Of a stretch of 64,000 nucleotides of DNA, positions 14,151 through 25,493 are shown one piece after another. A model generated the notes under the pieces. That model worked only from the letters and a program-made list of their open reading frames with translations, searched no databases and had not been told where the DNA came from. This stretch comes from Eledone cirrhosa. Lineage: Eukaryota. The DNA lies in assembly GCA_964016885.1 (NCBI GenBank), contig OZ024740.1, positions 192,634,001 through 192,698,000 of the forward strand, read 5' to 3'. The position numbers and the translations under genes are program-made. Numbering within the stretch: the first letter of the stretch is position 1; every line of letters begins with the position of its first letter.

Positions 14151-14644
14151 TAATTTTGTATATTCACTTTCGTATGATGTTGCCGTGAAATTTCAGGAAA
14201 GTAAGGTGTTTTATCGTTGAACTTCAGAATCACAGCTATGAACCACCTGTCTTTCTTAAACACCATAGCGATGTTACAAACAACTTATGTTACTCTTTGT
14301 TATATACTCCCGAAATCACTATATCTCCGCACATTTGTTAATAAAACATATTTAAACTGTTAAATTAAAGCCTATATAAAGATAGAGCTTACTATGCATC
14401 CTATTCTCATACGTTAATATTTCTGAAACGTCTCGCATCTTTGGGATATTAGATACAATGTATTGAACACTTTTCAGAGCTTCAGTAATTTGGACAGAGA
14501 GTGTGACAGAGAGAGAGGGGGAGAGAGCAGTTAGCTAACTAGCTCTGCTCTTTCTCCCCTATCCACCTCCCTCTCCCTATCTCTCTCTCTCTCTATGTAT
14601 ATATACATATGTGTATATATATAGAGAGAGAGCGAAATCCTATT

Positions 14645-14719
<75 letters not shown>

Positions 14720-14721
<2 letters not shown>

Positions 14722-15064
14722 AAAAAAGATGAAATCGAAAATGCAGCTGGTGTCTTCTTTTTGTTTCCAAGTTTATTTATTTGGTTGCTTTACCTGTGTT
14801 TCGCAGTTCCTGTGCTTTTCAAAAGTAGAATTGAGATGTAGAGTTTGGAATTTTTTTCACATCAGATGTGAGAAAAACCACCAACCCGCCATCTCAATTC
14901 TACGTTTGAAAAGCACAAGAACTGCGAAACCGGTAAAGGAACCAAATAAATAAACCTTTTAAAAATAAAGACTCCAGTTGCATTTTCGATTTCATCTTTT
15001 TTCCTTATACTTTCACTCGTGTAAGACACCTTGTGTTTTTCACATTTTGTAAAACAACCCTCAC

Positions 15065-15072
<8 letters not shown>
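14720..15072. mobile_element. PLE pseudo-LTR fold-back (arms ~14720-14838 / 14891-15003) between (TA)n tracts; a related copy lies at 32386-32680
   Basis: gaaaaaagatgaaatcgaaaatgca versus tgcattttcgatttcatcttttttc; each arm carries a hammerhead-like core. Confidence 0.7.
14788..14825 (-). ncRNA. Minimal type I hammerhead-like motif, U3-A8 variant
   Basis: CTT-TTGAAAA-GCA cagga ac TGC-GAAAC acag GTA-AAG (stem I CTT/AAG). Mirror copy on the plus strand at 14903-14938. Confidence 0.55.
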
Positions 15073-15122
<50 letters not shown>

Positions 15123-15158
15123 AATAAGACAAATGTTTAAAAGTTGGCTTCGTTTATT

Positions 15159-15213
15159 ACTGCTATATATATTTCGGTGACAGCCATCTTTGGCTGTGAC
15201 CTCTTCAGGCAGT
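15159..15213 (-). ncRNA. Type I hammerhead ribozyme motif
   Basis: ACTGC-CTGAAGA-GGTCACAGCCA aaga TGGCTGTCACC-GAA AT ATAT AT A-GCAGT: intact core, 5-bp stem I, palindromic stem III. Decayed sister copy at ~37600-37646. Confidence 0.8.
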
Positions 15214-15464
15214 CCGAATTATTGTGGTAGAGACGAGTACACATGTTGTTGAGGTGTATAACTTTGTCAATACTCTGATATGCCCAGTTCCTGGTTCGGT
15301 TGTTATATCACTGTGGAACTGGAATCATTTGATTTATTTATTTAATTTTATTTAATTTTATTTTATTTTACATTACTCTGGAGTAACCAAACCAACCTGC
15401 GCACTTCGCCGAGTGCTCCATTCTGCATACTGTGGTGTTGATATACAACCAAAACATACTCAAA

Positions 15465-15518
<54 letters not shown>

Positions 15519-16214
15519 TATACATGTACAGTTTTTAAATTTGACGAACTTTATGAAGCCCTAAAAACTGTTCAATTTATTTTGATCTAATATGCCGAAA
15601 ATGCGAGACGTTTCAGAAATATCAACGTGTGAGAGGATGATGCATGATAAGCTCTATCTATATATAGGTTTTAATTTAACAGTTTAAATCTGTTTTATTA
15701 CAAATTAGAATTCATATCTGTAGAGGAAATTTATGATATTATTTCCTCATATAAAGACACTTGCAGAGAAGCTGATATTTTGCTGCGTTTTTTTCTTCAT
15801 AATTTATCGATTAATGCTACGAATTTCAATCTTACTTTGCCAAAGGTATGAGGTAGGGAAACTGTCGCAACTATTACAGTTTTCTAATTTGTATCGATCA
15901 CGAAACGGAAATTGAGTTATTCTCCAGTGCAAAAATTGTCAGGAAAGATACGAAATTGTAAATGCTAGCACCTGCAGTAGGTGAAAAGAATCTATTTCAA
16001 ATTGATGAAAATACACTAGAGAAAAGTAACAAAATGTTTAGAGTAAAGTGAATATACTTTATTAAAATATGTCCACATATTACCATTAACTGTGTAATAT
16101 TTCTTTGCACGCAGAGGAGGGATTATTTAAATTATTGATCTACTGTGAGATATATACAGACATTTTAAAGCGTACATGCACATTCACACACACACACACA
16201 CGCACGCACGCACG

Positions 16215-16245
<31 letters not shown>

Positions 16246-16249
16246 ACAT

Positions 16250-16282
<33 letters not shown>

Positions 16283-16379
16283 AAATTTCAGGTTATGTAG
16301 TGATAATATATCGTTACGTTAGAGATGAACAGCGTACGTGTAGGTTTGCTCAACGAGTATAAATTATATTCCGGAGAAA

Positions 16380-18130
16380 ATGTAGAAAAGATGAATATAA
16401 AATGAAAGTGCTTTTTTTAAAAAGGAATTTATTAGGTATTGACATATGTTTCTGTAACAGACGGAATACCTATGTATCGCTGCTTGCGTAATCATATAAT
16501 GTTAGCAAGTATTCGATAGCAAATGTATAATCAGTTGTCAGTTCTTCAGAGATTTTGGATAAATTGGATAAAATCAGAAAAATTTAAGTATTTATATTAG
16601 TAATAGAGGAAGAAGAGAGGGGATAGTATATGACAGATTGTAATTCAATTTACTGCTAAACAAGTATAGAAAGGGTTTCTAATGAGAATACCATGAGTAA
16701 ATGGTTTATTTTATCTAAATAAGAATTTTTGGGAGTGCCAATTTTAATCTATACTTGACCAATTGGACAGTGGATAGGGCTGGTCATTTGGTGTAGTAGT
16801 ATTAATTATAAAGTGTCAATTGGGGAAGTGGGAGATTTCGATTGCTACTGAATAACATCAATGCTAGTAGCCAGCTGGTATATGCATTAGGGAATTGAAT
16901 TAAGAAATCAGAAATCTCATTTTATCTATAGCAGTTTATATTAAATGGTAAATAATAGAAGAGTTGATAGAATTAAGACTAATAGAGAATGTTAATATCT
17001 ATTTTGACAATCAAACGGAGATAGAGACAGGCGTTCAATCCTGGTAGTATTTATAATATGAAAATGTAGATTTTAAGCGATGGTTACAGTATAACGATCG
17101 CTCTATTCTGTTATTTAATAAAATGTTTTTGGATTTCATAATACAAAATAATTCCATATTACATAATTTACAAAATTCCTGTCGGCGGGAATATGGGGTG
17201 GGGGGGGAGCAGCCGCTATTATATCCCATTTTAGGTGAAATTTTTGGTTATTTTCACGCAGCTGCCAAGCCTTGTCTGCGAGTGTTGTTACATAACGCTG
17301 GTTTTCATGTTTTATCGAGTAACGATGTCTATAAAGGCGTGATTTGAAGGAGGTGGCTGTAGATCCCACATAGTACCACTTCTGTCTATCCGATTCGATA
17401 GTACATTTGTATATGATGTTGCGTTCAAGACACTGATTGTTCAACGGACACATTCCTGGTTGGACACAGTTACAATTATAATTTTGCGTTGTTGTATTGT
17501 CATGGATAGGTTGATGAGGTTGCTTAGGTAGGACAGGATGTTGTTTGTTGTTTTGTGATGTGATAGCTAATGTTTTACGTGTATTGTTATGTGTTGGAAG
17601 GCGTTTATACAACCGTTTTGCGTTAAGGTTTTTTATATGTTGTTCAATATTAGGGGCGGTTGAATATGAAAGTCGAATAGTGTTAGGGTTTAAGATTTCA
17701 TTATATCTATGTGATGTTGGAAAGTGTTTTTTAACTAATCGAAAGAATTGTGAGGGTATATTGGTTTTAATAGAGTTGTTATAGACCGGGTTGTACCAAA
17801 TATACTCTTTACATCGCCTTCTGTTTGGTGGTGTGCGACTATTATTGTGTCTATTGCGGTAGTGTATGTATGGTGATTCTGTGCTATTTCTACTCCTATG
17901 GGAGTTATTTTGGGTGTTTTGTTGATTTTCGAACTATATACTCTATATTATGTAGGTGTTCGGCTTTCCTAAGTGCATCATCATAATATTCTGCATGTTT
18001 TTTGAAGGTTTGTTGGTTGGACGACAGGCGGGAGATTCTACGAGAAACATTTCTAGGGATGGATTTAATTATAGAGAGTGGATGGTTAGATCTCGTATTT
18101 ACATATTTAAGGTTCTCATTTAGTTTATGG
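16380..18130 (-). mobile_element. 5'-truncated PLE (probably Hydra clade): thumb, linker, GIY-YIG and 3' UTR
   Basis: WYNPVY..SIKTNIP, CNCVQPGMCPLNNQCLERNIIYKCTI..YYVGSTATSFKSRLYRH, CKLCNMELFCI..LLNNRIE..CNH. Confidence 0.85.
16437..16554 (-). ncRNA. Hammerhead motif with ~90-nt extended helix II
   Basis: CTGAAGA ... GAAAC ATAT GTC. The insert folds TATCG/CGATA, CTTGC/GCAAG, TAA/TTA, CAT/ATG. Stem I is poor. Confidence 0.55.
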
Positions 18131-18309
18131 AACTAGTTCTTTCGTCGTCCGTCTGCACCATCATCAGTGGTACTATTATGTTTCCTCCCTTTGTATTGTA
18201 TTGTAATGTCTACGCCATTTTTATTTGGCCATTATAAAAATGGCCAAATAAAACTGTGCGTTTCTCTTCTGATAGAGCTAATACCTCATGGCACACATGC
18301 ACACACATA

Positions 18310-19070
18310 TACATAGACAAAATCTATCCAATTTTTCTTCTCCGTGGTCCGTAGAAATTAACTAGATACATATTCATTTAGACGGAGCAAAGATTAAAAT
18401 GTAACATTGAAGAAATAACAGATAAATGTCACAGACTATACTCTGTGAGGAACAGTCAAATAAAATTTACCTAGTTTTTCCGCTTAACCCGTAGAAATTA
18501 ACTAGGCAAATAATCAATTAAATGGGGCTAATTATTAAATGCAAATTTGAAGAAAAAGTGTATATACACTTTACCAAAGTTCTTCTTGTCCCGATTATCG
18601 ATAGTTTCGCTTTTACTTTGTGGATATGTCCAATCCTGGTATTATCCATGAGGCTTCGAGCTTCTCAAGAGACTCCCTCAGTAGGACTAACATGTCCACA
18701 GTGATCGCCGCCAGAAATGAATTCAAATGAATTCACCTGGCTAGCGGTCAAAGTAGAAGGTTGTGAATGGTAGGCCGTATGGCTAGTAGATTCACTGATA
18801 TAAGGAGCAGTTAGTTACCGCCTAATGTTTACTCAACTGAAAAGGAGTATAGAATAAATTCATAAGGACAAATATGTATATATTTAGACATAGTCACAGA
18901 TAGATATATGAGTGTGACTACCTTCCACGGTGTGGCTGTATGAAAAAATTAATTAAGAAAATAATTATTAATCAGAGCTATATAAAATTATATGTTTGAA
19001 GAACATTCAGACAAAATATATCCAATTTTTCTTCTCCTTAGTCCATAGAAATTAACTAGATAAATAATCA
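18310..19070. mobile_element. Unclassified direct-repeat-bounded non-coding element, copy A (homologous to 49900-51010)
   Basis: Direct repeats agacaaaat.tatccaattttt...agaaattaactagata at ~18315-18370, ~18460-18515 and ~19010-19068; the interior aligns with 50170-50640. Confidence 0.55.
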
Positions 19071-19074
19071 TGGA

Positions 19075-22000
19075 AGGCCTACCACCTGGATAAGAACACC
19101 TGTAACCTTCCTGAACCCAAAGAGAGGTAAGGCTTCAAAACATACTGAAACCCACCGCACAACACCTTACTGGACTCCTTTGAAGAGGACCTGCTGAAAA
19201 TGATCAAAAACGTTAAGTTCAGAAAGAAACACCAATGCAGCAATCCATTCTTAACGTCCCTTGATACACCAATAACTAAGATCAAGAATGACCCGCACCC
19301 CTTCGTCACCTCCGACAAAACCAAAAAGCTGTACAAGATGGACGCGAGTGAGTATAAAAAATTAATCTATAAGGAACTACACAAAGACTACAAAAAGACA
19401 CCCTCTAGTACCCTAAATGACATAAATAGAGTAGGGAAGGATATAGTCACCAGCATAGAAATAGAAAAGTACACTAACCCGTACGTTCCTCTGACGCCTA
19501 AATTCTCTCTTAACGATCACAAATATGACTTTAATGAAAGCCCCTCTATTAGACTAATATGCCCCTCTACATCAGATATAGGTAAGATTAGTAAAGTGAT
19601 CCTTGACAGAGTACTACTGGAGCTTAATAGAAAGGCTAAGGTCTGCCTCTGGGGCAACACCGAGCAGGTCATAAATTGGTTCACCGAGTTGCAGGATAAA
19701 GCCACCCTGAAATTCATCCAGTTTGATATAGATAGTTACTACGCCTCTATCTCCCCCATACTCTTACATAAGGCACTTATCTTAGCTAGATCTAACACTA
19801 GCCTCACTAAAAGAGAAATAGACATAATTCTAGCGGCGCGTAGAACCATTATCCAGTTCGAAGGCTCCCACTGGACCAGAACCAACCGTCCTGATAACTT
19901 CGATGTCACGATGGGGTCCAGTGACTCAGCGCAAGCAACTGACCTGGTCGGGATATACCTCCTACATAAGCTTAGGGAAGAGATACCGGACCTACAAGGA
20001 GGTGTATATAGGGACGACGCCCTGTTTACCGTAAGGAACCATAGCCCCGTAGGATAGAGAAAGTTAACAAACATATACACAGGTTCTTCAAGTCATACGG
20101 CCTATCCGTAACTATGGACCTCAACCACAGGGTTGTCAACTTCCTAGACATGACCCTGGAGTTGAGTACGGGCTTATACAAGCCATACCATAAGCTTGAA
20201 GAGTGCCCCACTAATATAAATTATGCCTCCAAACACCCTAAGCGGACTCTCAACTCCATAGTCTATAGTATTTCACATAGAATTTCGAGGCTATCCGCCA
20301 ATGAGGATATCTTCAACCAAGCGGCAGATTACTACAATAGGGCCCTGATAAGCGCCGGCTTTAACCGAGGAATTTCCTACATCCCTAACGCTAGCTCTAG
20401 AAACAACCCTCTCATAAAACAAACGTTATAGTAAGCCATACCTATAACCGATCACGCGGCGACCTCGTTGAAGTCGGATATAATAGAATAGATAACCGCA
20501 CCAAAGATCACTACCCCGGCGATGGTGAATACTGTAGATTACTCGAACTATTCCCCTATTACAAAACCAACAAAGGCGATGGCCTACTACCAACGCCTTC
20601 CAAACAACATCTTCGTGTACATAAACATGGAAGAGTGCACCCGAGCATAAAGTGAAAGGGGCACCGAACAGGCGACTGCGCATTAACACACGTAAGAGCG
20701 GTCACCTAGATGGAACCACCCGTAGCAAAAGTACAAGGAGACGTAATCGCCCCCGTAACGTCCTATGGTTCCACCCCCCTACTCTCGAAGTGTGGTCTCC
20801 AACATACCCCGGATGTTCTTCGAAGCCTTAGAGAAGTACATCCCGCCCAACCATAGGTATAGAAACATTCTTAATAGGAACAATATAAAAATATCCTTCT
20901 CTACTACTCCTAACCTAGCAGACATCATAGGAACAACGAACCACAGTAAGATCACCAAGACACAGCACCTCGACACAGACACACCTACACCTGACAATAA
21001 CTATATCGGCCTTAATAACTCCCTAGCAGCATCCAATAGTGTTGACAACGGCATCCGCAGACGCAACCAGCATAACTGCGAAATGACTGAGGAACATGCA
21101 GGACATGACGTGCAGAATAACAATCGCACCACCCCGCGTGCTGTGGGTTGTAATGGTGTTAACGGCAGCTGCGGTAGCGTAGGTAGCAACGTAGGCAGAA
21201 CAATGATAGCCTTACCGTGGGAAATAGACGGAACCGCGACAGAATTTGCAACTGCCGCGACAGAGGACGCTGCCCCCTTAGACGATACTGATTGACTGAT
21301 AGGGTTATATATAGATGCACTATTACTAGCCACAATAGCGTTAAACATTATATAGGGGCTACCTCCGGTCCGTTCAAAATTAAATTTCGAACACATCTCC
21401 ACTCTTTCACAAATGGAAAACTAAGGCACTCCACTTCGCTCGCGGACTACATCACATCACTAAAGGACTTAAACATCAGCTTCTCCACGCACTGGGAGAT
21501 TGTCGGCAGAGCTGCACCGTACAACTTCAAGAGGAACTGCGATCTTTGCCTCATGGAGCTCTACCACATCATACCCGCACCCCACGAGCTCATCATCAGC
21601 AGAGCTGAAACAGCGATTAGTTGTATACATCGCTTAAAAAATATCCTTCTTCAGATGGGTTAAGGATGAGGAGTGAAACCATACACCGGATCTCCCTGCA
21701 ACAAGTCTTAACACCCCGGCGGGCAGGCGCTGCAAAATAACACACAGGAAACTATCCTTGCATACCAGACCCAGCCTCAGACAAACAGATGCGGCAAAAA
21801 AAAAAAAAAAATTGTCCGGGAAAATCTGCCCTAACACCGGCCAGAGTTACCTCCCTTGACCTACTGCAAAATCAAAACAATATTTTTGCGAGCAATGAAT
21901 CTTGATCTGGATTTAACCCCCAAAACACTTGTGATTATTGATGCCCTTTGAGAAGCCCAACTGGGCGAAACGTACGTAGGTGCTGATTTAAATAAACATG

Positions 22001-22198
22001 TTTTAACGGTCTAGTCTCCGATTTTTTACTTTCCCATGTGCTTACGCTCTGCTAACTCTCTAGCCCACTAAATATTAACACTTCGAATATTTAATACTGC
22101 CGGCAGTAGTATCGAGCACCTTTGGCATACGCTACTTGGCAAATAACTATATGTATCACCTATCCTCCCCTGTTTTTCTCTTACTCGATACGTAAATA

Positions 22199-22200
<2 letters not shown>
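19075..22200 (+). mobile_element. Near-complete decayed PLE (probably Hydra clade): RT + GIY-YIG + 3' pseudo-LTR
   Basis: SDKTKKLY, IRLICPSTSDIGKISK, QFDIDSYYASI, FDVTMGSSDSAQ, GVYRDD, NFLDMTL, WFHPPYS, CNC...CPL, VIYRCTI..YIGATSGPFK.., CDLCLME. Contains stops and frameshifts. Confidence 0.9.
21943..21983 (+). ncRNA. Type I hammerhead motif, U3-A8 variant, in the PLE 3' pseudo-LTR
   Basis: GCCCT-TTGAGAA-GCCC aact GGGC-GAA AC GTAC GT A-GGTGC. Confidence 0.7.
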
Positions 22201-22262
<62 letters not shown>

Positions 22263-22316
22263 CGTTTCTGAATTTGTTTAGCAAGATTCTTTATCTGAAA
22301 TCGTGTGTTGAAACCG

Positions 22317-22748
22317 ATATTGTTATACTTTGGGAGAGTCATGTTGCCAATAAGAAACACACGCACCAGTTTCTTTCACTTCAATTTAATTTATTATATA
22401 TTTATAAATTTACAAATTTATAAATTTCTGGTTGGTTGGTTGGTTCCACAACCAGATAGTTGTTTATATATATATAGTCATAGTTCTGTCGTCACACACT
22501 CTGTGACCTCTTCAGTGACTGGGGATTTCTTTCTTCGAAGAAAGAAATCCCCAGTCACTGAAGAGGTCACAGAGTGTGTGACGAAAGAACTATGACTATA
22601 TATATATAAACAACTATCTGGTTGTGGAACCAACCAACCAACCAGAAATTTATAAATTTGTAAATTTATAAATATATAATAAATTAAATTGAAGTGAAAG
22701 CAACTGGTGCGTGTATTTCTTATTGGTAACATGACCCTCCCAAAGTAT

Positions 22749-22756
<8 letters not shown>
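22317..22756. repeat. ~440-bp spacerless near-perfect palindrome (centre 22536/22537)
   Basis: ttctttcttc|gaagaaagaa; arms match out to atattgttatac/gtataacaatat with ~5 substitutions. Confidence 0.95.
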
Positions 22757-22802
<46 letters not shown>

Positions 22803-23369
22803 TTACATATGCGTATATAAAGAGAGAGAAGTGTGTGTGTGTGTGTGTGTGTGTCGGTGTGTGTGTAAACGTATTATAGGTAGTGATGTTATATTTAAGT
22901 TTCATTTACTTTGCAGGTTTATAAAATCGATAATTTGACATATGTAGTTGATCTAAGAAAAACGGATTAGTATTACTGTCTAGAATATCAAAGCGATGCA
23001 TAGGTATGGCTGTAGCCTAATGTCCGAAACCTGTAAATGAATAAAATGTATATATATATAAACTCACATATAAAGGAGTATATGTGGTGTATGTATCAAC
23101 ACCCATACATATATATGTATGTATAGATGCATGTATGTATATTCTTTCTTTCTCTTAATATCGAGTTTCATTTTGCGTGGTTACTATCCTGGTGGCAATG
23201 TTGTAAAGAAAAAGAATTTGTCTTCGGTTCTTGCGTAACTGATCTTCCTTTGAACCGTAAGAATGTTTGTAAATTTTGAAGGTACCACAATATATATATA
23301 TATATATATATATATTTAAATATATATTTAAATATATATATGTATATATATATATATATATAGTGGAGT

Positions 23370-25480
23370 TCAGTGACTTCGACACAGATGAACTGGCTTC
23401 CTACTTAGGCTTACTTATGACACTAGATAACCATGACCTTAGCTGTTTCTTCCCCAGTAGACCTATCAGACGTAGACCCCCCACCATGACCTCATTCTCT
23501 AAAAGGACTCCCATGGGAAGATGTAATGGATGGATAAAAGCCATACGGGCGCACATAAACAATGTTCAGGTGTGAAAAATGGTCGCACATGCAATAGGGC
23601 TAATATTGAAACTACTCTAAAGGACCATATGTTTAAATGTAACGAAAAGATCTACACCCAGAATGACGGAGCAGCCATTGGCGTCAGCATAGCTGGCGAT
23701 GTTGCCAATATATTTATGGTATGGTGGGAGAGGAGACTTTGAGAACTCCTTGAAGATAACTCCATAGACATCGTCATGTAATCTAGTTACGTAGACAATA
23801 GTAATAGAGTAATAAGAAAACCCCAAAAAAGAGAGTGCTAATAAACAAGAATTAGAAAATAGCATAATGGAGTGCATCCAGCAGATAGCTGACTCCATAC
23901 CCCAGATTATAACTTTAACTGCTGACTACCCCTCAAAACACGCTAACAATAGACTACCAGTATTAGACACGGAACTCTGGATAAACACTATAGACGAGTG
24001 GCCCCAAATTGTGCACTGATACTATGCTAAACCCATGTCCTGCAAATAACTGATACTCAAAATTCAGCAATGTCCAATAACGCTGAGTTTAATATTCTGA
24101 TCGCAGACTTGGTAAGAGTGATGAAGAATGTGTCCCGCATGTACGACCCAACTGAAATGGAAGGACACATCCAACACATCATCAATCGCATGCAGTTCTC
24201 TGTCTACAACCAAAGAGACAGAATCAAAGTATACAAAGGAGACACGGAGAAATATAAGTCCCTCATAGAAATGGACATGAAAGGAATTTGCCCATTACAC
24301 AGGAGAAAAATCATGGAATAACATTAGATAGGACTAAACATAAGATAGGGAAAGCCACTTCATGGTACGACAACCAGAGATACCAGAGTTTGATGTTCGT
24401 GGATGCTACCCTTGGAGGGAAATTAGCTGACTAATGTAGAAAGGCCCTATATAAGACCTTTTTAAAATTACAATGATAGAATAGCCTGGAACTACCATAA
24501 AATCCCTGATAAGCCAGACATACCCCTTTAAGAAAACCCACTTTACAAATAAGAAATGCGTTATATGTAAAATGAACCCCCAAATAAACTGTAAAACTAG
24601 AAATGTATTCTATAGTATAAAATGTACATAGGGTACATGCAGAAACATGACAACGACATACATAGGTGAGACAGCTCGAAGCATAGGAGAGAGAATAGAC
24701 TAACACTGGGGGGAACTAAAAGGACAACAAAAAAAAAAACGGTTCAGTACTATACGAACACGCCAGGCATGACGGTAATATACACAACATAGAAATTAAA
24801 ATAATATCTAAGCATAGAAATGACTCAACAGGCAGGCAAATCAGAGAAGCAACTAATAAGCCCGAAGTTGAACAGAAAGAACGAACGGAATAACAACAAC
24901 CAGCATACCCAAAGAAACAATCTTGACTTAAGGGAAATATAAATAAATAAATAAATAGATAAATATGTACACAAGTACAATAACAACAAACACATATAAA
25001 CACACACTAGTGAACAAAGATAGAATACAAAAACAAAAACACACACACACCAACATTATACACACACGCTAACGCATGCGCAGAGACAGAGCCAAGAAGA
25101 AATAAATAAATTACTATCATGCTACTATCATGACTACACACCTCTCTCTCTATACACAATAACTCATTCTCAAGCCCCCTTTAGAGCAAGGTAAACAGGA
25201 AGAAAACCTTACTCAAACACTTAATTATAAATCTTTAATTTTTAGTTTTTAATTCTTATTAATTGTTTTAATTGTAATACTCTACATTTGATTCGATGAA
25301 TTTTAATAATACATCGACACCGATAATACATTATATACTTTATAAACATCATAAAACTCTTTTTAAAAAGAATTGACCCTCACATTTCTTTCAATAATGT
25401 CACTTTGCCGAATCAAACTTCACTTTTTCACTATATTCACTGTTTTGTATAGAACCGTACTTCTCTTTTCTAATATATAT
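23370..25480 (+). mobile_element. Strongly decayed PLE (RT + GIY-YIG), possibly Nematis-like
   Basis: IYTQNDGAAIGVSIAGDVANIFMVWWE, YVDN, LPVLDTELW, YAKPMS, NSAMSNN..ILIADLVR, YIGETARS. Confidence 0.75.
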
Positions 25481-25493
25481 TTATATATATTTA

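Larger units (their letters stand above)
14335..15705. repeat. ~105-bp inverted repeat pair (14335-14438 / 15601-15705) enclosing nested PLE termini
   Basis: tgaaacgtctcgcat at ~14424-14438 versus atgcgagacgtttca at 15601-15615; similarity extends to ataaaac/gttttatta. Confidence 0.75.

Noticed and set aside
19200-21663. Selenocysteine read-through as in Naiad PLEs
   Set aside because: The endonuclease is C-terminal, and interruptions are TAG stops and frameshifts rather than TGA at Cys positions.
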